A stretch of 64,000 bases of DNA from Bacillota bacterium. Its GTDB lineage: Bacteria; Bacillota; Clostridia; Christensenellales; CAG-138. The position numbers and the translations under genes are program-made. The first letter of the stretch is position 1. Each line of letters opens with the position of its first letter. The stretch is taken from assembly GCA_038562375.1 (NCBI GenBank), contig JBCFAY010000004.1, positions 89,413 through 153,412 of the forward strand. Direction: 5' to 3'. This document shows positions 56,228-64,000 of this stretch, piece by piece. The notes beneath the pieces are model-generated. The model was not told the DNA's origin and searched no databases. It saw nothing but the letters and a program-made list of their open reading frames with translations.

Positions 56228-57739
56228 CTATTCAAGCGGCTGTCCCGCCATCATGAGTCCGACTTTCTGCCCGTTGAGCTCCCCGCAAGGATGAATGCCA
56301 ATCATGCGCCCCTCGAACATGACGCCGATGCGGTCGCCCAGGGCGAACACCTCGTCCAGCTCGTTGGAGAAGAGCACGACGGCGCAGCCTTTTTGGCGCT
56401 GCTCTAAAATGAGCTTATGGATAAATTCGATCGCACCCACATCCAGCCCGCGCGTCGGGTACGCGGCCAAGAGGATCTTCGGCGATTTCGTCAGCGCGCG
56501 CGCTACGACGACCTTCTGCTGGTTTCCACCCGAGAGGCTGCCGGCTGTTTGCTTTGTGTCCTGCGCGCGAATATCATAGGTCTTTATGGTCGTTCTGCCG
56601 AACTGTTCAATTTCTTTTGCCTGCAGGGAATGCCTTTTGACATAGGGCGGCTTTCTGTGGCATTCGAGTATCAGGTTCTCCTCTATGCTCATGTCGAGCA
56701 GCAGGCCTTCATGCTGCCGATCTCCCGGGATGTAGCCGGCGTACCGCTCCAGTATGCGGTGAGAGGACATTCTTGTCGTCTGCTCCTCCAGCATATAGAT
56801 TTCGCCCTCAATCGGGCGCCTTGCGCCGATCAGCGCCTCCAAAAGCTCGTTCTGACCGTTGCCGTCCACGCCGGTGATGGCGAGGATCTCGCCGGGATTC
56901 ACGCTGAAGCTGACGTTCTTCACGCTTCGTTTATCGTTTTCACCCGGAACCGAGAGCTTTTCGATGCGGATCAGGGCGTTTTGCCCGCCGAACGCCGTTT
57001 CTCCCCTGTCGACGGTAAACTCAACGTCTCTGCCCGTCATCAGCTGGGCAAATTTCTCTTTGGAAAATTCCCCTTTGTTCAGCGTTCCTACAACCTTTCC
57101 CCGGCGCATGACGGAGACGGTATCGCTTAGGCTGAATACCTCGTTGAACTTATGGCTTATGAACAATATGCTCATTCCGTCCGCCGCGAGCTGCTTGAGA
57201 AGAAGGATGAGCTCGTCTGTCTCGGCCGGGGTTAAAATCGCCGTCGGCTCATCGAGTATCAGAACCTTGACGTTCCGGTAGAGCGCCTTGATGATCTCCA
57301 CCCGCTGCTGCGAACCCACGGTCAGCGTGGAGACCTTCGCATACGGATCGATTTCGAAGCCGAGCTTATCGGAGAGCGCTGATATTCTCTTTGCGACCTC
57401 CGCGATCCTTACCTTAAAAGGCCGCATCGTCCCGAGTATCACGTTCTCCGCGACGGTCAGCGTCGGCACCAGCATAAAATGCTGATGCACCATCGCCACG
57501 CCGAGGCCAAGCATCTGGCGCGGCGATTCGGGAACGATCTGCCTGCCTTCGAGTATGATCCGCCCCGCGTTGGGCTTATACAGGCCGTAGAGCACGTTCA
57601 TCAGCGTGGATTTTCCGGCTCCGTTTTCGCCCAGAAGCGAATGGATCTCGCCTTTCTTTACCTCCAGGCAGATATCGTCGTTCGCGGCGAAATCGCCGAA
57701 TTTCTTTGTGATATGTTCCAAGCGCAGTATCGTTTCCAT
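56228..57739 (-). CDS. ABC transporter ATP-binding protein (tandem ABC domains, sugar/nucleoside type)
   Basis: GENGAGKST Walker A, the LSGGNQQKV signature in the second half, 503 aa. Confidence 0.9.
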   Translation of the reverse strand: METILRLEHITKKFGDFAANDDICLEVKKGEIHSLLGENGAGKSTLMNVLYGLYKPNAGRIILEGRQIVPESPRQMLGLGVAMVHQHFMLVPTLTVAENVILGTMRPFKVRIAEVAKRISALSDKLGFEIDPYAKVSTLTVGSQQRVEIIKALYRNVKVLILDEPTAILTPAETDELILLLKQLAADGMSILFISHKFNEVFSLSDTVSVMRRGKVVGTLNKGEFSKEKFAQLMTGRDVEFTVDRGETAFGGQNALIRIEKLSVPGENDKRSVKNVSFSVNPGEILAITGVDGNGQNELLEALIGARRPIEGEIYMLEEQTTRMSSHRILERYAGYIPGDRQHEGLLLDMSIEENLILECHRKPPYVKRHSLQAKEIEQFGRTTIKTYDIRAQDTKQTAGSLSGGNQQKVVVARALTKSPKILLAAYPTRGLDVGAIEFIHKLILEQRQKGCAVVLFSNELDEVFALGDRIGVMFEGRMIGIHPCGELNGQKVGLMMAGQPLE

Positions 57740-57758
57740 ACTTGCCTCCCGTGCAACG

Positions 57759-58697
57759 CTATTGATTGGTAAGCTCCCTCGCGTAAGGCTTGCCGCTGGC
57801 GGACGGTCCCTTCGCGGAACCTACCAGCCACAGCGCGAGCAGGGTCACGATATACGGCAGCGCCAGGAAGATCTGATAGGGCAGCTCGCTTGTGCTCATC
57901 GCCTGGAGCCTAAGCTGCAGCGCGTCGAAGAACCCGAACAGCAGCGTCGTTAGCGCGGTGGCGACCGGCGCCCAGCGCCCGAATATGATCGCGGCGAACG
58001 CGATGAAGCCGCGTCCCGCGGTGATGTTGTCGTAGAAAAGATTGAGCCCCCCCAATATCAGCGCCGCGCCGCCGATGCCCGAGAGCATCCCGCAGACGAT
58101 GACGGAATAGTAGCGCACGCGCGTCACGTTGACGCCCGCGACATCCAAAGCCCTCGGGTGTTCGCCCGCCGCGTTGATCGCGAGCCCCCAGCTTGTCTTC
58201 TTCAGGAAGTAGCTCAGCGCCGGGACGAGAACGATCAGCGCGTAGAATATGATATTCTGCTCAAACACGATCGGCCCCAGCACCGGGATCTGTGAGAGCG
58301 CGCCGAGGTTCAGCTGTGCAAGTCCCACGCACTGCTGCTGTACCTGATCGATGCCGAACGCCAGGCGGAACTGCGTGCTGGTAAAGCCGAGCGCAAGCAT
58401 GTTTACGCCCAGCGCCGTAACGATCTGGTTCGCCTTTACGGTGATCGTGATAAACGCGTGCAGGAGGGCGACAATGCCGCCGCCGATCGCGGCGCAAATA
58501 AGGCCGATCCACGGGCTTCCAGTGTACAGGGAACCGAAATACGCGCAAAACGCCCCTGTGAGCATGTAGCCTTCCAGGGACATATTGAGTACCCCCGCCT
58601 TTTCGGAGATGATCCCGCCCAGAGCGACCAGAGCCAGCGGGCAGGTCAAACGTATGGCGGCGTTATAGAGATCCGGCGTCGTAAACAATTCAAGCAT
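57759..58697 (-). CDS. ABC transporter permease (BMP/nucleoside system)
   Basis: 312-aa polytopic protein that overlaps the upstream permease by 8 nt. Confidence 0.85.
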   Translation of the reverse strand: MLELFTTPDLYNAAIRLTCPLALVALGGIISEKAGVLNMSLEGYMLTGAFCAYFGSLYTGSPWIGLICAAIGGGIVALLHAFITITVKANQIVTALGVNMLALGFTSTQFRLAFGIDQVQQQCVGLAQLNLGALSQIPVLGPIVFEQNIIFYALIVLVPALSYFLKKTSWGLAINAAGEHPRALDVAGVNVTRVRYYSVIVCGMLSGIGGAALILGGLNLFYDNITAGRGFIAFAAIIFGRWAPVATALTTLLFGFFDALQLRLQAMSTSELPYQIFLALPYIVTLLALWLVGSAKGPSASGKPYARELTNQ

Positions 58698-59754
58698 CCG
58701 TTCCTGCGCCTCCCGTCTTTTTTGTTCTGCGCCAGACGATCTTGACGGTGGAGAAACACAGCACCGTAAGGATCAGTATCGCTTGTATCATATTGATGAG
58801 GGTTGAAGAAACGCCCATCTTAATCTGCATCATAATGCCGCCGTTGCGAAGGCAGCCCATAAAGAGCGCCGCCAAAACCGCGCCGGGGGCGGTAACACCG
58901 CCGAGCAAAGCGACCGAGATCGAGTTATACCCCATGCCGACGGCGAAGTTTTCGGCCAAAACGCCTTGATTTCCGAGCACTTCCACGCTGCCTGCGAGCC
59001 CGGCGAGAGCTCCGCTGAGCAAAAACACGTTCAAGGTGACCCGCTTTGTGTCGATGCCGAAGGACTGCGCCGCGAACGGATTGCTGCCCACGGCCCGGAT
59101 CCGGTAGCCCCAATCGCTCCTGTTGATAAAAAACCATACCAAGGCGAGCAGGACGAGCATCAGGATCAGCCCGCCGTTGAGCTCATACCGGGGCACCAGT
59201 CGCGGCAGCACCGCCGTCTCGAGAATGGGCGCGGACTGATTGACAAAAGCGCCCTCCGGGCGCAAGGGGCCGCTTACGGCGTAGCTCGTAAAATAGATGC
59301 CCACGTAATTCATTAGAACCGTGGTAATGACCTCGTTGAACCCGCGCTCGGTCTTCATCAGCGCGGGAAGCAACGCCCAAAGCGACCCGCCCAAAGCGCC
59401 GGCGAGCAGGCTCAGCGGCAGATGGATCGGCGCGGGCAAAAACGCGAAATTCGTTCCAACGATCGTAGCGAACAGGCCGCCGACAAACAGCTGGCCCTCT
59501 ACACCGATGTTGTAGACGCAGGCCTTGAACGCGATGATGACGCCCATGGCCGCTATGGCAAGAGGCATCGCGGCGGAAACGCTGGAAAAAACACTTTCGA
59601 TATTGCCTGCTGCGCCGTAGAGGATGGCGCCGAATGTTTTCCAGGGGTCAAAGCCCTGCAAAAGAAGCATCGCCGCGCATAAAACAAACGCAACGACGAC
59701 GGCAAGCAGGGACATGATAAGAATCCCGGATGTTCTTTTAAAAAAGTACTGCAT
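58690..59754 (-). CDS. ABC transporter permease (BMP/nucleoside system)
   Basis: 354-aa polytopic protein. Confidence 0.85.
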   Translation of the reverse strand: MQYFFKRTSGILIMSLLAVVVAFVLCAAMLLLQGFDPWKTFGAILYGAAGNIESVFSSVSAAMPLAIAAMGVIIAFKACVYNIGVEGQLFVGGLFATIVGTNFAFLPAPIHLPLSLLAGALGGSLWALLPALMKTERGFNEVITTVLMNYVGIYFTSYAVSGPLRPEGAFVNQSAPILETAVLPRLVPRYELNGGLILMLVLLALVWFFINRSDWGYRIRAVGSNPFAAQSFGIDTKRVTLNVFLLSGALAGLAGSVEVLGNQGVLAENFAVGMGYNSISVALLGGVTAPGAVLAALFMGCLRNGGIMMQIKMGVSSTLINMIQAILILTVLCFSTVKIVWRRTKKTGGAGTDA

Positions 59755-59822
59755 TCATTCCCTCCAAATGAAATACCCGCACCCGCCTGCCTCAAGAGCG
59801 GCGGGTGCGGGCAGATAGGCGG

Positions 59823-60863
59823 TTACTGCAGTGCGCCTTCGACTTTGATATCAAACTTGCCGGCCAGATAGTCCGCCAGACGCTGATCGAAGATATCCTT
59901 CTTGTCCTGCGGTACCCAATCCGCCATCTTGGTCATGCTCATCGCGCCGTCGCGCATGCTCAGGAGCAGGTTGCGATCGGAAGTGCCGTTCATAAGCATT
60001 TCGGCGGTGATGGTGTACAGGCCTTCCATCCCGAACAATGCACTTACGACAACAGTCTTAGGATCCATGCTGGAGATATCGTTGCCCCAGCCGATGCAGT
60101 ACGCGCCTTTTTCCTGGCAGGCGCCGAGTATCGCCGAGGTAGCCGAGGAAACATTGGCCTCCAGTACGTCGCTTCCATCCGCGATCTGCGCAAGGGATGC
60201 TTCCTTCGCCTTCGCTAGATCGTTCCAGTCACCGGTGTAGGAGATCTTCGCCACGCAGGCGGCGTTCGCGTACGCCGCGCCTTGCTGCAGCGCCTGAATC
60301 TCCATCTTCGTCATCTCGGTTTCCATCGCGGCGATATCGGCAACCTGACCGGTCTTAGACACCAGGCCTGCCGCAAGGCCGACGAAGTACTGGAGCTCCC
60401 AATACTTGAACTGAACCGCGTAGAGGTTGTCGCCGGTAGAGAAACCGTTGACCGTCACGAATTTCGTATCGGGGAATTCGGGCGCGATGCGCTTCATCTG
60501 CTCATCATACTCCATGGAGTGAGCGATGATGATGTCGAATCCTTCGCGGCCGTAGGAGCGCAGAACTGTGGGCAGCTCGTCGATGGATACCTGCTCGCTG
60601 TAGGCGGTTTCGGCGCCGTACTTCTCGCCGATCGCCATCAGCCCGTTATAGCCGCTGGTGTTCCAGCTGCCGTCGTTGATCGCGCCGCTGCAGATCATGG
60701 CGATTTTGAGCTTCTTTTCCGCCGGGGGCTCGGTAGCGGCGGCCTGGGGCGCCTGTGTCGCCGTGCTGTCGCCGTTCGCCGCGGGAGCGCTGCAGGCCGT
60801 CGCGGCAAGGCAAGCAAACAGCATCATTAGGCACAGAACGATCGATACAATCCTCTTTAACAT
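59823..60863 (-). CDS. BMP-family (PnrA/NupN-like) substrate-binding lipoprotein
   Basis: Lipobox LAATAC, a Pro/Ala linker and a periplasmic-binding fold (INDGSWN, GF.TGD). GGAGGG SD. Confidence 0.85.
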   Translation of the reverse strand: MLKRIVSIVLCLMMLFACLAATACSAPAANGDSTATQAPQAAATEPPAEKKLKIAMICSGAINDGSWNTSGYNGLMAIGEKYGAETAYSEQVSIDELPTVLRSYGREGFDIIIAHSMEYDEQMKRIAPEFPDTKFVTVNGFSTGDNLYAVQFKYWELQYFVGLAAGLVSKTGQVADIAAMETEMTKMEIQALQQGAAYANAACVAKISYTGDWNDLAKAKEASLAQIADGSDVLEANVSSATSAILGACQEKGAYCIGWGNDISSMDPKTVVVSALFGMEGLYTITAEMLMNGTSDRNLLLSMRDGAMSMTKMADWVPQDKKDIFDQRLADYLAGKFDIKVEGALQ

Positions 60864-61596
60864 TTTTGTTTCCCTCCTGTCATTTTTGAACTGTGAAGTA
60901 TTGAATGGCTACGGTTACCCTTGATCAGTTGCTCGTTTTTTGGGGCGCTGCTGAATTGTCTCCATGTTTTGTTGAAAAATCAATGCATTTTTATAAAGCC
61001 AAAACCAACAACTTTGCTTTAAATTTGTTTGTATTTCTCCGGACCTAAGGGATCCTCCGCGTGGTGCAAGTCTGGAAGCATCCAGAAAATATGGCCGCAA
61101 CACAGCATTCTTTATACTTTGCATTGTAATTTATATTGATTTATGCGTAAAGAGAAAAACACAGTACTAAAACAAACAGTTTCTTTCAACATGGAATATC
61201 TTGCGTGCATGATTAATAATTCTACATCCTATATTTCCATTATGGAAATAATTTGGAGCTGTTGTGACACGGGTTAACCTTCTTTTATGTGAAAAGGCAG
61301 GTCGGATCCTTCTGCGCGCAGCCGTTCGAACCGATGCGCTTTCGGTCCCAAGTATCCGTTTAGGATTCCCGTGCATCTGTCAATATCTGTTTCAAACAAA
61401 GCTCCAAAGATCGAACCGCTCCGCTATGATAAAGAATGCATATCGATAATCGCCGGGCGTATTTCCGCCCGCGTTCCTCCGTAACCTACAGAGAAAACCG
61501 CCTGATATCCGCAAAAAAAACGCCGAATTGATGCACACTATTTATGCGATAACAATATGATACAATATAAATTCTTCAGGAGGTTTAGGCAAAAAT

Positions 61597-61884
61597 ATGG
61601 ATGATTATCGTGGTCCCCAGCCGTCTTGTGACTGTGACTGTGGATGCGTTGACTGTAAATATGATATTATCTGCAGCCAATCGCATGTAGCGGAATGCGA
61701 GGCAAGGCTCTTTTGCGACGTAACCAACAGGCTCCGCTGTGAAATCAAGCACGCGCGTTGCCTGAAGGAATTGGCGCAGCTGTTGGCTCTCACCAATCAG
61801 TTTTTGGCGGCCAGCGCAAAAAAAGAGACGGTACTCGCGGATTTCATCGGACATCGCATGGATGATATCGGTTTGCCGGGATAG
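61597..61884 (+). CDS. Candidate Cys-rich small protein, 95 aa, unknown family
   Basis: TGaTACAAT extended -10 at 61558-61566 and AGGAGG at 61578-61583, although the SD is 13 nt from the ATG. The N-terminus is SCDCDCGCVDC...C...C...C...C...C. The shared terminator lies at 62022-62048. Confidence 0.4.
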   Translation: MDDYRGPQPSCDCDCGCVDCKYDIICSQSHVAECEARLFCDVTNRLRCEIKHARCLKELAQLLALTNQFLAASAKKETVLADFIGHRMDDIGLPG

Positions 61885-62021
61885 TCAACGGGAACCGAAT
61901 CTAGACGTAGGCTAAGGCCGAGCGCGCCGAATTCCTCATGAATCGAGGTAGGAAACATATTCAAACGGCGCGCTGCGGTAAGAAATGTGTTGTCGGAAGC
62001 GCAATGAAAATAAAAAGATAT

Positions 62022-62048
62022 AAAAAATCCCCCAAAAGGGGATTTTTT
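62022..62048. terminator. Bidirectional terminator
   Basis: AAAAAATCCCC-caaaa-GGGGATTTTTT, between the Cys-rich ORF (+) and the activase-related gene (-). Confidence 0.75.
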
Positions 62049-62105
62049 GTTCTGCCATGAGTATTAAAACGCTCGTGTTTCATCGGCAATAACACTTGAT
62101 CCCCA

Positions 62106-64000
62106 TCACTGTGCCCTTTCAAGCATCAGTCTGATGCGGTTGATCTGGTTCACATAGCTTGCGCCGGGGTCGTAATCCACCGCGACGATATTTAAATCCG
62201 GATGAAGTTCCTTGAGCTTTTTGAACATGCCTTTGCCGGTGATATGGTTGGGCAGGCACGCAAAGGGCTGCATGCAGATGATATTGTTTGCACCTTCCTC
62301 GATCAGCTCGATCATTTCCGCCGTGAGCAGCCAACCCTCCCCCGACTGGTTGCATAAGGAAAGAACAGACTTTACGCTGTCCGCCAGCTCACGGATCGTC
62401 CGGGGCGAATGAAATCTGCTGTTCTCCAGCGCTTTTCGCATATCGTCCCGAAAGTTTTCGATCAGCCGAACGCACAGGCTGCCCAGCATACTTTGCATAA
62501 GACCTCCCGCAAGATATCTTCGGTTTATGCCCTTCCCAAACGCGCAGTAGAGAAAAAACTCCGTAAGACCCGGAACAACGATTTCCGCTCCTTCGGCTTC
62601 CAAAAACTCCGGCATACGATTGTTGGCAGCGGGATGGTATTTGACAAGGATCTCGCCCACAAGGCCGACCCGCGGTTTCTTTTCATTGCGGACAGGGATC
62701 GCTTCAAACGCTCTTGCGATTTGGGCAAGATCGTCCCTGAAAACGTTCCGGCTACCCTTCGAAAGGTGTTCTTTGCAGCGGCCGATACAAAGCGCCGCAA
62801 TCCGGTCCGATTCTCCTTTGATCGCTTCATAAGGGCGAACGCGGTACACAAGCTTCATGATGAGATCGCCCAGAATCAACGCCATCAGCGCTTTTTTAAC
62901 GAACGGAAGGGTGAGCCTGAAGCCGGGGTTATTCCCCAATCCGGACGCGTTGAGGGAGATGATGGGCACGCTTGCAAATCCCGCCGAAGCCAGTGCGGCT
63001 TTGAGCAGCGCGAGGTAATTGCTGGCCCGGCAGGGTCCTCCCGTCTGACTTATAATGACCGCTGTACGCGAGGCGTCGTATTTCCCAGAGCGAAGAGCCG
63101 AAAGAATTTGCCCGATGATGAGGATGGAAGGATAGCAGGAATCGTTGTTGACATACCGAAGGCCAAGCTCGATATCCTCCTTGCCGACCTCCTTGAGCAC
63201 CTCGAACCGGTATCCCTCGGAAACTGCGGCTTCTTGTACGAGTTCAAAATGGATGGGCGCCATTTGGGGCGCCAGTATCGTATAGCTGCCGCGCATCGGT
63301 TTTGTAAAAAAAGCATCGCCATATGCATGTTGGCTTACCGGCACGCTTTTCTGCCTCGCTTCCATAGCCGCCTTCAGCGACCTTATCCTAATCCTGGCCG
63401 CCCCAAGATTATTGACCTCGTCGATCTTGAGGAGCGTATAAAGCTTACCTGCCTTCTGTAAGATCTCCTGCGCCTGCTCTGCAGCGATGGAATCCGGCCC
63501 GCATCCGAAGGAATTCATCTGCAAAAGCTCAAGGTTCTCGCTTTTGGACACCAGTTCCGCGGCCTCGTACAGCCTTGAGTGATACATCCATTGATCCAGC
63601 ACGCGGAGGGGCCTTTGCACATGGCCTAAGTGCGCCACCGAATCCTCGGTGAAGACCGCCAGCCCCAAAGAATTGATGAGGCCCGGAATGCCGTGGTTTA
63701 CCTCAGGGTCGAGGTGATACGGGCGGCCCGAGAGGACGATGCCGAAGCCTCCCTCCTCCTTCAGCCGCGCCAGAGCCTGCTCCGCATGCCTTTTAATATC
63801 CTCCTTAAACAACCGATCTTCCTTGCGCGCAGCCTCGACCGCGTTCTTGATCTCTATTTTTGGTATGAAGAATTCGCCGAATTCCTCGTACAACCTTTGG
63901 ATCAGCCTTTTTGTGTCGTGATAAGGCAGGAAGGGATTATAGAGCTTAACATGATTCTCCCGAATGCTATCCATATTTGCCTTGATGACTTCGGCGTAGC
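62106..64000 (-). CDS. C-terminal part of a large BadF/BadG/BcrA/BcrD-type activase-related fusion protein (acyl-CoA dehydratase activase-related, DUF2229-like); the 5' end is outside the window
   Basis: The frame stays open upstream of the track ATG (..[15 protein letters not shown]). It contains [40 protein letters not shown] and [11 protein letters not shown] motifs. Confidence 0.8.
   Translation of the reverse strand, partial: YAEVIKANMDSIRENHVKLYNPFLPYHDTKRLIQRLYEEFGEFFIPKIEIKNAVEAARKEDRLFKEDIKRHAEQALARLKEEGGFGIVLSGRPYHLDPEVNHGIPGLINSLGLAVFTEDSVAHLGHVQRPLRVLDQWMYHSRLYEAAELVSKSENLELLQMNSFGCGPDSIAAEQAQEILQKAGKLYTLLKIDEVNNLGAARIRIRSLKAAMEARQKSVPVSQHAYGDAFFTKPMRGSYTILAPQMAPIHFELVQEAAVSEGYRFEVLKEVGKEDIELGLRYVNNDSCYPSILIIGQILSALRSGKYDASRTAVIISQTGGPCRASNYLALLKAALASAGFASVPIISLNASGLGNNPGFRLTLPFVKKALMALILGDLIMKLVYRVRPYEAIKGESDRIAALCIGRCKEHLSKGSRNVFRDDLAQIARAFEAIPVRNEKKPRVGLVGEILVKYHPAANNRMPEFLEAEGAEIVVPGLTEFFLYCAFGKGINRRYLAGGLMQSMLGSLCVRLIENFRDDMRKALENSRFHSPRTIRELADSVKSVLSLCNQSGEGWLLTAEMIELIEEGANNIICMQPFACLPNHITGKGMFKKLKELHPDLNIVAVDYDPGASYVNQINRIRLMLERAQ

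Noticed and set aside
60864-61140. A purine (guanine/adenine) riboswitch in front of the nucleoside ABC operon.
   Set aside because: The conserved UAUAAU...UAUGG...GUUUCUACC...CCGUAAA...GACUAUG core is not present on either strand. Only a short ATATGG/CCATAT match was found.
61320-61420. tRNA or tRNA-like element suggested by GTTCGAAC and ATCGAACC motifs.
   Set aside because: The flanks do not form T-stems. I could not draw an acceptor stem, D arm or anticodon arm.
61585-61854. The 89-aa minus-strand ORF overlapping the Cys-rich ORF.
   Set aside because: It has no SD or promoter upstream, and its sequence is hydrophobic and basic without motifs. The plus-strand ORF has better expression signals, although neither frame is proven.
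1-64000. CRISPR arrays, IS elements, integrases, prophage genes, toxin-antitoxin pairs or defence genes.
   Set aside because: I saw no spaced direct repeats, and no transposase, integrase, nuclease-helicase or TA-like ORFs. Every sizeable ORF has a housekeeping, motility or sporulation assignment.

Overview
This is a GC-rich chromosomal segment of Firmicutes/Clostridia type, from a spore-forming, flagellated organism; an Oscillospiraceae-like anaerobe is only a guess. I support about 60 protein genes, mostly on the minus strand. In window order:
- A sensory-type [FeFe]-hydrogenase-like gene (cut by the window edge) with HATPase and DRTGG partner genes.
- SPOR protein, purR, a lipoprotein hydrolase, a cell-wall amidase and mcsA-mcsB-clpC.
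- Cysteine desulfurase-thiI and an RsiV-like lipoprotein.
- A 12-kb flagellar block (fliF-G-H-I-J, ylxF-like, fliK, flgD, flgE, flbD, fliL, fliM, fliY) and a divergent flagellin gene.
- An acidic Zn-ribbon gene, efp, an M24 peptidase, a TIM-barrel nuclease-like gene and an intact sigK.
- A U32 protein, mltG, a ylbF-like gene and RNase J.
- VanW, aminotransferase, VanW and GntR genes.
- rpsU, HIT, mtaB, rsmE, a large U32 protein, zapA and pheST with a Phe T-box.
- A MOP flippase, a beta-CASP hydrolase and DegV.
- A BMP-type nucleoside ABC transporter, and a partial BadF/BcrA-type activase-related fusion gene at the right edge.

I found no rRNA, tRNA, CRISPR array, transposase, phage gene or recognisable defence gene.

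I did not find a convincing novel multi-gene system; the window looks like core housekeeping, motility and sporulation DNA. The parts the annotation explains least are:
- A free-standing 42-codon Cys/Ser/Thr-rich ORF with its own promoter, SD and terminator (55970-56160).
- A 1.2-kb AT-rich spacer (60864-62105) that holds a long leader for the ABC operon, an ORF-less GC-richer core and a 95-aa Cys-rich ORF.
- Several structured spacers without a class assignment (34377-34662, 38101-38348, 47131-47480).

Coordinates of hand-called starts and sites were derived by counting in the printed sequence and could be off by a base or two.
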